A stretch of DNA of 64,000 nucleotides, taken from contig OX597819.1 in NCBI GenBank assembly GCA_951406725.2, positions 47,120,001 through 47,184,000 on the forward strand, read 5' to 3'. The notes under the pieces are model-generated. The model saw only the letters and a program-made list of their open reading frames with translations. It did not search any database and was not told the DNA's origin. Source of the DNA: Octopus vulgaris (Eukaryota). Numbering within the stretch: position 1 is the first letter of the stretch; every line of letters starts with the position of its first letter. Positions 15,212 through 26,942 of this stretch are shown here, one piece after another. Both the position numbers and the translations under genes were made by a program.

Positions 15212-15824
15212 CTAGAAAATAGTCTAATATTGGGGCGTATAAGCCGTCGACGGAAAAACTTATAAAATATTGTGTGTGTGTGTGAATGTGCGCGCGCGCG
15301 TGTATACATGCATGCATACATACATACATACATACATACATACATACATACATACATACATACATACATACATACATACGTGTGCGCGCATGTGTGTGAT
15401 TGAAGTCGTTTCAATAGAAAGTATATCCATTGCATGTAAAGAGCTGCGAAATGACGATGACTTTTGGGTCCATATGATGATGGTCTGCAGTTTTTACCAT
15501 AGCTATAGTATAAATGTCTTTTCTTAGTTAAATGCCACGCAGATTCATTAAATTTGGTTTTGTATACAGAGATATGTCTTTGCAGACAACAACAGAAATA
15601 CAAAACATGTGTGATTATTAGATATATGGCGAAGATTTATTAACTAACATTGGTTTATGTATCCTTGAGTGACTAACGAGACCAGTCTTAGATGGATAAA
15701 TTCTGTTGCAAATTGAATATGTGAAGGAATTCATGATATCTTTGGGGTTTTCTTTCTTTATATTTCGTTTTTAATTTTGCCTATTTAATGCGATCCTTTT
15801 CAAAACGAATGAACAACGTTCCAT

Positions 15825-15991
15825 AGGAGTGGCTGTGTAGTAAGTAGCCTGCTTACCAACCACATGGTTCTAGGTTCAGTCCCACTGCGTGGCACCTTGG
15901 GCAAGTGTCTTCTACTATAACCTTGGACGACCGAAGCCTTGTGAGTGGATTTGGTAGACGGAAGCTGAAAGAAGCCCGTTGTAAATATGTA

Positions 15992-16026
<35 letters not shown>

Positions 16027-16237
16027 ATATGTTTGTGTGTCTGTGTTTGCCCCCACCCCCCAGCATCGCTTGACAACCTATGCTGGTGTGTTTACGTCCC
16101 CGTAACTTAGCGGTTCGGCAAGAGAGACCGATAGAATAAGTACAAGGCGTACAAAGAATAATTCCTGGGATCGATTTGCTCGACTAAAGGCGGTGCTCCA
16201 GCATGGCCGCAGTCAAATGACTGAAACAAGTAAAAGA
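15825..16237 (+). mobile_element. SINE family B, full length
   Basis: ggagtggctgtgtagtaagtagc..ggttcagtcccactgcgtggcaccttgggcaagtg, an internal (TA)n, and a 3' end gactgaaacaagtaaaaga. More than 10 related copies occur in the window. Confidence 0.85.
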
Positions 16238-16685
16238 TCAAAGAGCATATCTGTTCCCCATGATGCAGTAACAACTGCTTTAGTTTTCCAACTTTTCACA
16301 TGAATATTGCCATTTTTCAGACAGTCTTGTATTTTAAATTCGGTTTGTAAGGAAGTATTTGCCTATAACGTTACTTTTCATAGAGTAGAAGCTTTGGGAT
16401 TCTTCAGCTTCCATACGAACTATGTGATCTGCCCACTTCAGTTCGCTAGTTACAAGTATGCTTCTGTACTTATGATATTCACTGCCTCCAAGACTTCAAC
16501 ATCATTCACATAGTCTCCCCACGCAAAATTTATCGAAAACCCTCTAACCGAACATGTTTTGAATGTAATGTCCATGTTTCACAGTCATACAACCAAATGA
16601 ATGTTTTAAAACTAGAAAGTTTACAAGCATTTTGTATATATCGTTAAGAGCATAGAGAAAATTGTAATATTCTAAAAATATTACT

Positions 16686-16965
16686 CTTTACTCTTTTACT
16701 CTTACTTGTTTCAGCCATTTGATTGTGACCATGCTGGAGCACCGCCTTTAGTCGAGCAAATTGACCCCAGGACTTATTCTTTGTAAGCCTAGTACTTATT
16801 CTATCGGATCTTTTGCCGAACCGCTAAGTTACGGGGACCTAAACACACCAGCATCGGTTGTCAAGCGATGTTGGGGGGAGGCAAACACAGACACACAAAC
16901 ATATACACACACACACATACATATATATACATATACATATATACGACGGGCTTCTTTCAGTTTCC
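16686..16965 (-). mobile_element. SINE family B, 3' half
   Basis: Reverse-complement match to 15960-16237. Confidence 0.8.
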
Positions 16966-17290
16966 GTTACAGTTCTACCAACAGTTCTCTTTACTCGTGG
17001 GACATGTATTTACAACGTAGAATTCGACAAATATGTTCCACTGATGCTTCAGAAGGATTTAGAGAATCCAATGACAAAACCAAATATCCAGCAAAGGTAG
17101 TCTAAAGTAAGCTAACACCAGACCACTTTGCGAAATTATCAAAGAACGAAGATTAAAACTAGCAGGTTACCAGAACGAGACCAGTCTAAAACGGCTTTCA
17201 AATGGACATCGCCGGAGGGAAAAAGAGAGGAAAACAGAAAACTACATAGTGCAGAATATTTATATCCGATTTGGGAGTGGCCAATATCAC
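16965..17290 (+). pseudogene. Decayed RTE-like LINE ORF C-terminal fragment
   Basis: Frame fragments TVLPTVLF.. and KTAFKWTSPEGKR.. resemble the RTE-clade post-RT region, but the sequence is heavily mutated. Confidence 0.35.
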
Positions 17291-17296
17291 ATAGAC

Positions 17297-18080
17297 CAGT
17301 GGTTCTCATCCGGGGTCCATATAGCCCCTGAGAGTCCATATAAGATTGGGGGGGGGTCCACGCAACGAAATAGTAAATTGGGGATCCACAATAGTATTTT
17401 ATGGGCCCCTGAAAAAGTGATGCCTTAGATCTATGTATTGGTATGTATTGCAAGAAACAGTTAGGTTTCTTAAGGCGGCAGGCTGGCAGAGTCGTTAGCA
17501 CGCCGGGCGAAATGCTTAGCGGTATTTCGTCTGTCGTTACGTTCTGAGTTCAAATTCTGCCGAAGTCGACTTTGCCTTTCATCCTTTCGGGGTCGATTAA
17601 ATAAATACCAGTTACGCACTGGGGTCGATATAATCGACTTAATCCGTTTGTCTGTCCTTGTTTGTCCTCTCTGTGTTTAGCTCCTTGTGGTTAGTAAAGA
17701 AATAGGTATTTCAACTGTTTTTACGTTCTGAGTTCAAATTCCGCCGAGGTCAACTTTGCCTTTCATCCGTTCAGAGTCGATTAAATAAGTACCAGTTACG
17801 CACTGAGGTCGATGTAATCGACTTAATCCCTTTGTCTGTCCTTGTTTGTTCCCTCTATGTTTAGCCTCTTGCGGGCAATAAAGAAATAAGAGACAAGTTT
17901 CTTTCTCTAACATTTTACACTGTTGAACCTACACAAATTAATATGCGGAAAACAAAATAGAAACTTTGAAAGAATTTTCTATAAAACTAGTTTTTAAACA
18001 TCGAACGGCTATGGGGATCCACCAGAATAAAATAGTAATCAAAGGGTTCCATAGATAAAATAAATGATTGAGAACCATTC
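17297..18080. mobile_element. hAT/Charlie-like MITE carrying a nested SINE dimer
   Basis: Ends are cagtggttctca and tgagaaccattc, with degenerate 8-bp flanks acatagac / aaatggac. Confidence 0.6.
17473..17890 (+). mobile_element. Family C SINE dimer, both units with Tx1-like tail
   Basis: ggcggcaggctggcagagtcgttagc head, then gcctttcatcctttcggggtcgattaaataa.tacc (Meta-domain-like), then the tail tctgtgtttagctccttgtggttagtaaagaaata|ggtatttc. Confidence 0.85.
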
Positions 18081-18454
18081 AAATGGACCGATGTAGAGAA
18101 AACTGTAACCAACAGTAAACAGAAACTTGCAGCTCAATATACTCGTGAGTACAGAAGAAACTGATACTGACGTCGATAGGGAAGTCATCTACATACAAGA
18201 GGTGTCTCGTGAGAGATACAGAAGTGTAATTTAGAATTGAGCCCTCCTGGAGTTGAACAAGTTTACCGGTTATGCAAAAATACTCTGGGGATATGTAACT
18301 ATCCCCAAAACAGTCTTTCAAAGGGATTTTAAAAAATATTGCGAAATAGAGTAAGAGCAGCCATATCATAATTTTATACAATGACTGACTGGAAGACGGT
18401 CTGAGCATTCGCCACCGATTTTGTGTGTGTGTGTGTCTGTGTGTGTGTCTGTGT

Positions 18455-18527
<73 letters not shown>

Positions 18528-18851
18528 TGCGCGTGTGTGTGTGTGTACATAGAGAGAGAGAGAAGTGTATATATATATATATGCACATGTGTGCACGAAT
18601 GTTTGTTATTTGGTATCTTTTATCTTCTCCCTCCAACGCCAGGTACTCCTCCTCTCTCCACATTACTGTCATTTCCTTTCCAATTCTCGTCTAACACTAA
18701 AAAAAAAATGTAATAGATTTTAAATGAGCCAAAAATGTTACAATTGATAGTTTTTGCTTCCAGTGATAATAGTCACAAACGCATAAAGTACGTACATATA
18801 ACCACACCAGTACATTATATTTGCATACTTTCGTTCTGATAGACATACACA

Positions 18852-19282
<431 letters not shown>

Positions 19283-19628
19283 ATGCTCACACAAATGCAC
19301 ACATGTTCTGGTGTATTCACGTAGACACATGCACACGTACACATTTTCACATACAGACACATAATGAAATGTTTAACTTCAAACTGGCCCCATCTTGTTG
19401 CAGTCGTCTTCATTTCAACAAAACAACTAAGAGAAAGGCATACACGCCAAAACGTTTCACATCTTCTCTCTCATAATGCTCGTATTGAGATCTGAACTCT
19501 AAAGTGAGATCGTTAAATTCTTGCAAGATATTTCCGGTCATTTCCATTCCAGATCTAAACCTAAAGGGCACACTCCAGTCTCTTGTCCCTCTCCTCCCCT
19601 CTCTCCCCCTCTCTCCTCTCCCTCTCTA

Positions 19629-19664
<36 letters not shown>

Positions 19665-19935
19665 TACAGAGTCACTCCTGCCTCTGGCGCACAGGCGTGC
19701 TGAGTTTTCTTTCAGTGTCACTAACCGCCACAGGTATGTTATCTCTTCTCACTGTCTCACGGACCTACTCCAGTCTCTGACTCACAGGCGTGCGGGATTC
19801 TCTCTCTCTTTCTCTCTCCCTCCCTCCCCCCCCCTGTCTCTGACTCTATCTATCTCTATCTATATCTCAGAAACACACTCTCTAGCCTCCGAACCACAAG
19901 CGTGCTGTCTCCTCTCTTTGCCTCACTATAGATGG

Positions 19936-20173
<238 letters not shown>

Positions 20174-20470
20174 CTTTTTATTGTAGCCACACAGGGCTAA
20201 ACACAGAATAAAAATGGACGAAATACAATGTAGAATTTTTTCTTTTCGAGGTGGGATGGGTGGGGCAAAAAAAAAAAAAAAAAACGTTTGATCAATAGAG
20301 ATCTGTGGGTTGTGTGGTGTATAAAAAAGCACTATATATATATATATATAAGGTTCACAGTTTAGGTGTAGCCTTGGAAAGAAAAACCTACAAAAAAGAC
20401 CAAGGTCACCTCAGACAGTTCGAAAAAGAACACATGAGTAAGTCGCCTTACTTCTCGTTGTGTCTTTTGG

Positions 20471-20778
20471 TTACAGATTTATGCTTAAAATAGTGTCGTC
20501 TTTCATACTGACCATTTTTGCCACTTTTACCCACTTTTTATTAAAACATTCGTTCGACAAAGCCTTCCTCTCTATTCTCATCCTCCTTTTCAAGTGGTAC
20601 TTGAAAAAGTTGACGAGAGACTGACCAGAGAGGAAGATGTTTGTTTGCAGTCCTTTCAAACGCGTCCACCACACACATTCTTTCGCCATAGCCATCAGCG
20701 TAACGAAAACCGTTTTCCCTTCCCGTTTAAAGGAAGGTGGTGGAACAATATTCACGATAGACTCGGCCGATAGGGAGC
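20471..20778 (-). CDS. Frameshifted true C-terminus of ORF2
   Basis: The alternative frame SLSAESIVNIVPP..MAKECVWWTRLKGLQTNIFLSGQSLVNFFKYHLKR.. is homologous to the fragment at ~31945-32165. Adding one base near 20778 would join it to ORF2. Confidence 0.8.
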
Positions 20779-23700
20779 CTGACCTACACGTGACAACAGC
20801 TGTTCGACGAAGGACCACAGCTCTGAAATATCTGGACACTGCACGAGTGCGTGCAGAACGGTTTCGTCGCTCTGACCGCATCTCGGGCAGGTCGGTCCGG
20901 TGATGGTTTTCGAACCGTGTCTGTAGCTCTTCTCTCGAACAGGTAGTGCGTCTCGATAGCACTGCCAAGCCAGGGATTTCTGGAAGTTATCCATAGGCCC
21001 CGGCCCGAACGTCGTCCTGAACAGGCGGGTTAGGAATTCCTCGTCGACGCCCAGGTTTGCCCCGAGTGTGTCGTCGGACCTCCCCTCCACTAGTCCTCTA
21101 TAGAACGCTTTAGTCGTTTGGAAGTTGCACAAGTTTGACCCCGGTCGGCAGAGCTGCTGTAGAGCTTGGCGACACTCTCGGTGCCAATCGCCCAGTTTCG
21201 GTCTCTTTTTGATCCACGTTTGCAGTTCGGTCAGTGAGACGAGCTGCGGGAAGTCGCGCCTCACAAACGGCGCCCACACCTGTTCACCGTCGTCGATGAA
21301 TTTCCAGAGATGTCGCAGTCTCAGCGCATGCCTGCGCATCATCAACCAGGGCATGCCCAGTCCTCCATTCAACGGATGTTGACAGCAAATGGACTTCCTC
21401 ACCATCGGAACGCCACCCTTCCACAGGAAACGGAAGAGTATGCGTTCCAGTTTGGTGATGGTGGCGTCGGGACAAGGTACGACGGTCAGGCGGTAATCGA
21501 TGACGGATGTGATGTACGCGTTCGCCACCTCCGCCCGGCCTTTTAGAGACAGCTTTCTCTCGGCCCATTTTTGGCTGAGAGCGACCACTCTACTCGTGAT
21601 CTCGTCCCAGTTCTTATCCATTTGGAGGTCCGGACTGAACCAGACCCCGAGCAATTTAACCGGTCCGTCCGTCCAGCGTCCCACTACTGAGCCGCAGTCG
21701 GACGGCATGGGCTTGCTTCTCCAGGTGCCGAGTAGCAAACCCACTGACTTTTCCGGGTTAATCTTTGCTCCCGTCACCGTTTCGTATTTTCTTAGTGTCT
21801 CGCCGACCAGCTCGATATGCTGGTAGCTCGACACTATGACGGTGACATCGTCCGCATATGCCGACACGCTCGTCCCGCAACCCAGTTCCCGTGGGATGCC
21901 CCTCAGTGTCGCCAGCTTCCGCAGTAGCGGCTCGAGAGTCAATACATACAGAAGCGCCGACAGGGGACACCCCTGACGGACCGAACGCGTGATGTCAAAC
22001 GGTTTCGACAGGTGACCGTTCACCCGAATCACCGATCGGATGCCGCTATACAAGGCAGCGATCCAACCGCGGAACACGGGACCGAAGCCAGCCGCCCTGA
22101 GAACGGCCGCCAAGTACCGATGGTCGACCCTATCGAAGGCTTTAGACTGATCCAAATTTATCAGCGCCCCACCCATGCCAGGATCCTTAACTACCCTGTC
22201 CACAATGTAGCGCATCAGATGGAGGTTGTCATGTATGGTTCTGCCCGGCACGGCGCATGTTTGCGCCCTGTCGACCAGTTTACCAATGACAAGCGCCAAC
22301 CTCTCGGCTATTACTTTGGCCAAAATTTTCAAATCTGCGTTGAGCAGAGTGATGGGCCTGAAATTATCTATAAAATTCCCCTTGTTTGAGTCTTTCTTCA
22401 GCAACGTCACTGCACCTCGGCTCACGAAACCGGGGATTCTCCCGTTTTGTTGCCAGTTGCAGTAGACTGATGCCAAGAGGTCGCCAAACAAGTCTGGCAT
22501 TCGACAATACAGCTCGTAGGGTAAACCATCCAATCCAGGCGACTTATCCCTCGCGCAGCCCGCCATCGCATCCCACACGTCAGCGGCTGTGATGGGACTT
22601 TCACAACACTCCGCCTCTCTTGCCGAGAGCTGCGGCAGGTCGGTCAGGTAGGCACTGAAATCCATCCCTCGTTCCGACCCACCACTCGCACCAAACAGTC
22701 GAGCAAAGTGCTGTTGAAAGGCCTCACACATCCTTTCGGGTTCGAGTAAACTGCATCCCTGTTGATCTATTAGAGACCGAATGGTTGATCTGTTGCCACG
22801 CTGCGCCTCCGCTACCCGGGCCTCTCGCGCAGCTTCAATCCCTTCGTTCCTTAAGGCATGCATTTTAGCTCTGACGACGCAACCTTCGTGCTTGGCGTTG
22901 AGGTGTTGGTCGAGGGCCATCCTCGCAGCTAGCACGTTGGTTGCGCTGCCAGTGGTAAGTGCCTCTTCTAGTTTCTTAACTAAGTCTCCCTCTACTCTAT
23001 TTCGTTCTATCGCTAATTCCTTGCTAAACCTAATTGATTCCGATTTTATTGCCATTTTCAGGGCGTACCACCAGCGGTTGTTAACGACCGCTCCCGTCAG
23101 CGCCCTCTTAATTAACTCGCTAATCCGGTTCCTGTAAACCTGTCGCGCTAACAGCGACGTGTTCAGTTTCCAGTAACCGGGACCCTGCCTATGTGTTTTA
23201 TCTAAGTCGAGCGTACACGTAACAAATTTGTGATCTGTGTAGCTGACTATTTTAAATTGTGGACAACCTACACTATCCCTATCCGCTGTCCTGCATAGAA
23301 TTCTATCTAGATAAGATCTCGACGATCCGACGCGGTTTGTCCAAGTCCACGTTGGCACGTTCGGATGGTCGAGTCGGAACCTGTCAGACAAATGGAAACG
23401 TCTGAGCAGGTCTTTGAGGCTCTTACACCCCCTTCTATTCCTATCCCTTCCCACATAATCTAGATGCGTGTCCAAGGTAGCGTTCCAATCCCCTACTAAC
23501 AGTAAAGGTCTAGACGTACCCAGGAAAACCTCTAGACGTCTGAAGAAATCCGCCCGACCCGTTAAGGACGGTGCATAAACTGCCATCAGACGGAATGCAC
23601 ACCCATTTCTGCCATCCACGTCCAAGACAACCAGCCTACCCTCCGGGTCTAGGAATATTGCTCTTACTTTTACCTTTAGACTCTTTCGAAAAAGCACCGC

Positions 23701-23919
23701 AGTACCTCCACCACCCATGTTCGGCAAACAGGGAGAAAAATAAATGTCAAATTGATTGCCAAACATGGACTCGAGGGCCCGCGGCTTACTGAGTCTGGTT
23801 TCACTGATAGCTACTATATCCACGTCCAGTGACTTGATGTCGTTTAGAAGGTAACCTTGCTTCCAAGCCGACGCCAAGCCACGCGCATTCACACAACCTA
23901 ATTTAAGCATACTTGACAT
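20752..23919 (-). CDS. Tx1/L1 ORF2: AP-like endonuclease, reverse transcriptase and C-terminal CCHC zinc finger
   Basis: APE motifs NARGL, SETRL, VYAP, GDWNA, SYLDRIL, TDHK. RT motifs KSPGLDG, FRPITLLN, LDQSKAFDRVDH, VRQGCPLS, YADD, LLGV. C-terminal CPRCGQSDETVLHALVQC. Confidence 0.95.
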   Translation of the reverse strand: MSSMLKLGCVNARGLASAWKQGYLLNDIKSLDVDIVAISETRLSKPRALESMFGNQFDIYFSPCLPNMGGGGTAVLFRKSLKVKVRAIFLDPEGRLVVLDVDGRNGCAFRLMAVYAPSLTGRADFFRRLEVFLGTSRPLLLVGDWNATLDTHLDYVGRDRNRRGCKSLKDLLRRFHLSDRFRLDHPNVPTWTWTNRVGSSRSYLDRILCRTADRDSVGCPQFKIVSYTDHKFVTCTLDLDKTHRQGPGYWKLNTSLLARQVYRNRISELIKRALTGAVVNNRWWYALKMAIKSESIRFSKELAIERNRVEGDLVKKLEEALTTGSATNVLAARMALDQHLNAKHEGCVVRAKMHALRNEGIEAAREARVAEAQRGNRSTIRSLIDQQGCSLLEPERMCEAFQQHFARLFGASGGSERGMDFSAYLTDLPQLSAREAECCESPITAADVWDAMAGCARDKSPGLDGLPYELYCRMPDLFGDLLASVYCNWQQNGRIPGFVSRGAVTLLKKDSNKGNFIDNFRPITLLNADLKILAKVIAERLALVIGKLVDRAQTCAVPGRTIHDNLHLMRYIVDRVVKDPGMGGALINLDQSKAFDRVDHRYLAAVLRAAGFGPVFRGWIAALYSGIRSVIRVNGHLSKPFDITRSVRQGCPLSALLYVLTLEPLLRKLATLRGIPRELGCGTSVSAYADDVTVIVSSYQHIELVGETLRKYETVTGAKINPEKSVGLLLGTWRSKPMPSDCGSVVGRWTDGPVKLLGVWFSPDLQMDKNWDEITSRVVALSQKWAERKLSLKGRAEVANAYITSVIDYRLTVVPCPDATITKLERILFRFLWKGGVPMVRKSICCQHPLNGGLGMPWLMMRRHALRLRHLWKFIDDGEQVWAPFVRRDFPQLVSLTELQTWIKKRPKLGDWHRECRQALQQLCRPGSNLCNFQTTKAFYRGLVEGRSDDTLGANLGVDEEFLTRLFRTTFGPGPMDNFQKSLAWQCYRDALPVREKSYRHGSKTITGPTCPRCGQSDETVLHALVQCPDISELWSFVEQLLSRVGQAPYRPSLS

Positions 23920-23976
23920 TTACGAAAATTGTGTTTTACACACTATATTAGAAGAGACAAGAGGCAAGAAGTGAGG

Positions 23977-25857
23977 TCACTTACTCATTTTAAAAGTTTC
24001 GTTTTTTTCTTCTTCTTCTTTTGTATCGTTTTTGATGAGGTGTTTGTATAGTTTTTTCGACAGGTATCGTTGATACCCGCCTACCGCATTCGGAAATAAT
24101 GTTTTCAGTATGTGGTGTTGTGCTTGTGTTATGTGTAAAATTCTGATGTGTTTCGGTGGTGTGGTGTGCGGATGATTGTTTGTCTTAAAATCATCTTCAC
24201 AGACGACCATGTTAGATTTGATGTAGTCCATTAATTCTTTATTGTCTGTGTCTATTGCAGTTAGTTGTGTGTGTGGTTTTACGGGTTCATTACTTTTTTG
24301 ATTGTCTAGGGGAATGTTGTCCTGAGTGAGATATCTCCCTGCTTTAATTCCTTGTTTGGTGGATTTTTTGGATCTTTTTCTTTTACCCCCTGTGGCTATT
24401 TGCCATTCCGTCGAACTTTCTTCGTCCGACGTATCAGTATGGGGTAGAGGAAAAAGAACAGGATCACTATGTATGCTTGTATAAATTGTTGATGTTTTGT
24501 GCGGTGTTTGTGTTGTTGTGGTGTTAGGGGTAGCATTTGTCTTCTCGTCAGTGTTTTCTGTCTTTTTAATTGTCGTCCTGGGTGTGGGCGTGGGTCTATT
24601 TTTTGTTAATTCAACAGGTTTAATTGGTTGTGAAGTCAACGGTGATTGTGTTGGTACTGTTTTTCTTGGTGATGTTGTTGGGGTTTGTCTGCTGGTTTGT
24701 TGTTTTTCTTGGCGTTGTTCCATAATTGAGTGTGTTGGTGTTGGTGTTGGCAACAAAGGGATTTTATTTGTTTTCTGAATTGTTCTTTCTTGTTTTTTCT
24801 GTACCAGATCGCACTTGGCAATCAAATGTTCGGGGCTGCCACATTTGTAGCATCTAGGCTTTTTGCCTTCTGCCATAACATATAGGCATTGCCCATTCTC
24901 CAAGTATATCTTGTCGGGTAGGCTCTCGATAGAGGCCCCCTCAATCTGGATGGTCACTACTACTGTTTTTCCACCCCAATTGTCGTTTAGGTACACGGCT
25001 GTTTCTAGAATATTGATCTTTTTCAAGTGGTAACAGATTGCCCCTGTTATCCATTTGTTCGGCATATCGGGGGGTACATTTCTGATAGTAATTCTACTCA
25101 CCCTCTGGTTTTTATAATAAGGGACCATGATGATTTCATCATTTCCCAGAGACTCAGTAGAGTGAGCTTTTGCCACTTCCTGGTTAGGGAAGCGGACCAC
25201 TACTGTGTTAAACTGGGGACCCCAGTTTATATACTCTTTTTCTTTCATTATGTTTTTTAAACATTTCTCCACATCAGTTTTTGTAATCTGTTCATTTGGT
25301 TTTTTGTTTTTTCTAATAATTTTATATACAATTGTCTTATTTTCAATTTCTTGTTTTATATGTTGAGGTGTATGCAGGACTAAATCTTGTCCACGGGTTG
25401 TAAAGAGAGCTCTTGTTTCTATGAGCTCTTCATTTGTGAATGTAACAATCTCCTTTTTCTGGCGAAGAATATCTGCGAAATTTACTGTTGTTGACTTTTT
25501 TGTATTGGCATCTTCACTATTAGATAGTTCATTTTTATTGTTGTTCTTGTTGTTGCTGTTGTTTTTGTCAATAGTTTTCGTTTCAGTTTTATTTTTATCA
25601 TTTATGTTGGTCGTGGTAGTGGTGGTGGTGGAGGTGGTGGTGGTAGCAGTTGTTGTCTCGTGGTTGCTGTTGTTAGTGGTGGTGGTGGCGGTGGTGACAG
25701 GGCTGTTAACGCACGTGGTTGCAGCGTTCATCTCACCGAATTTCACGTTGGCATTTTCCGTGCGAACGTTCTTTTTTTTCTCTGTCGTTTCCAGACTAGG
25801 AAAATTTTGTTCCATAAAAGAACGCGACCAGCGTTCAACAATAAAATTTCTAGACAT
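23977..25857 (-). CDS. Tx1/L1 ORF1 (gag-like nucleic-acid-binding protein), 626 aa
   Basis: Uninterrupted ORF directly upstream of ORF2, with a CX2CX4HX4C knuckle (CYKCGSPEHLIAKC), Thr/Asn/Pro-rich low-complexity arms and a basic GGKRKRSKK patch. Confidence 0.88.
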   Translation of the reverse strand: MSRNFIVERWSRSFMEQNFPSLETTEKKKNVRTENANVKFGEMNAATTCVNSPVTTATTTTNNSNHETTTATTTTSTTTTTTTNINDKNKTETKTIDKNNSNNKNNNKNELSNSEDANTKKSTTVNFADILRQKKEIVTFTNEELIETRALFTTRGQDLVLHTPQHIKQEIENKTIVYKIIRKNKKPNEQITKTDVEKCLKNIMKEKEYINWGPQFNTVVVRFPNQEVAKAHSTESLGNDEIIMVPYYKNQRVSRITIRNVPPDMPNKWITGAICYHLKKINILETAVYLNDNWGGKTVVVTIQIEGASIESLPDKIYLENGQCLYVMAEGKKPRCYKCGSPEHLIAKCDLVQKKQERTIQKTNKIPLLPTPTPTHSIMEQRQEKQQTSRQTPTTSPRKTVPTQSPLTSQPIKPVELTKNRPTPTPRTTIKKTENTDEKTNATPNTTTTQTPHKTSTIYTSIHSDPVLFPLPHTDTSDEESSTEWQIATGGKRKRSKKSTKQGIKAGRYLTQDNIPLDNQKSNEPVKPHTQLTAIDTDNKELMDYIKSNMVVCEDDFKTNNHPHTTPPKHIRILHITQAQHHILKTLFPNAVGGYQRYLSKKLYKHLIKNDTKEEEEKNETFKMSK

Positions 25858-26057
25858 TTTCTAATGTCGAGAAGAAAATAATAGAAATGAAATGGGGTCG
25901 AAACTGCCCCTAGGGGCGAATTCCTCCCTTGGAAAAGCACTCAAATGAAAGTTGGTTGCCTTACACACCTTATTTGCAAAAATCTACACAAAAATTGGCC
26001 TATAAATAGTCAAAATAAATGATTACCTTCGGAGCTGAAACGACATCACATCCGTCA

Positions 26058-26058
<1 letters not shown>

Positions 26059-26150
<92 letters not shown>
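26059..26150. repeat. (GATA)n array between two Tx1 insertions
   Basis: Directly visible. Confidence 0.95.
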
Positions 26151-26152
<2 letters not shown>

Positions 26153-26540
26153 TGTTTCTTTATTAGCCACACAGGGCTGCACACAGATAGAACAAATTAC
26201 AAGGTAGAGCTTTTCTTTTGAAGGTTTAAGAAAGAAAAAAAAAAAAAAAAAAAAAAAAGGAAGGGGAGTTTCGATCAAAAGGGATCGTAAAAGGAGAGAA
26301 AGAGGACAAAAAAAAGGGGGGTTTAAAAAAAAGGGGGGAGGAAAAAAATTGATCAATAGGGATCGTTATCACAGAAATGTCAATATGAAGTGTAAAGGGG
26401 AGGACAGGTGAGGTTTACCCGTGCAAAGAAAAGCCTACGGAAAAGACCACGGTAACCTCGGTCAATGATGTCACATTTTATATTTCTTTTTTTTTTTTTT
26501 TGCAAATAAGCAACTCTCTGTTTTCGATTTCTGGGTTCAT

Positions 26541-26541
<1 letters not shown>
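26151..26541 (-). mobile_element. 5'-truncated Tx1 copy (3'UTR only), second subfamily
   Basis: The 3' end tctgtgtgcagccctgtgtggctaataaagaaaca(tatc)n resembles the full element, and the copy is collinear with 31598-31940. (GATA)n lies on both sides. Confidence 0.85.
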
Positions 26542-26639
<98 letters not shown>

Positions 26640-26643
26640 ATAG

Positions 26644-26718
<75 letters not shown>

Positions 26719-26784
26719 TCAGTGATGCAAACAGGAAAAAATAGAACTCAAGATATGAGTATATTTATACTGTTTTATTAATAT

Positions 26785-26942
26785 AATATTTAGGAGAAGC
26801 AGCAGAGTGACTCAAAGGCCAAGAGTTTCGTGAGATGGCACTTACAAACAAGTTTCTCATTCTCTTACTCTTACTTGTTAGATAAGCGACGTTGCACGAA
26901 ACTCTCGGCCTTTGAGTCACTCTGTTGCTTCTGCTAAATATT
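26785..26942. repeat. Long imperfect inverted repeat (hairpin or MITE-like)
   Basis: Arms ~26785-26853 (aatatttaggagaagcagcagagtgactcaaaggccaagagtttcgtg..) and ~26873-26942 (..cacgaaactctcggcctttgagtcactctgttgcttctgctaaatatt). Confidence 0.85.

Noticed and set aside
20637-25881. Plus-strand and alternative-frame ORFs overlapping the Tx1 ORFs
   Set aside because: Shadow ORFs of GC-rich or low-complexity coding sequence, with no recognisable motifs.
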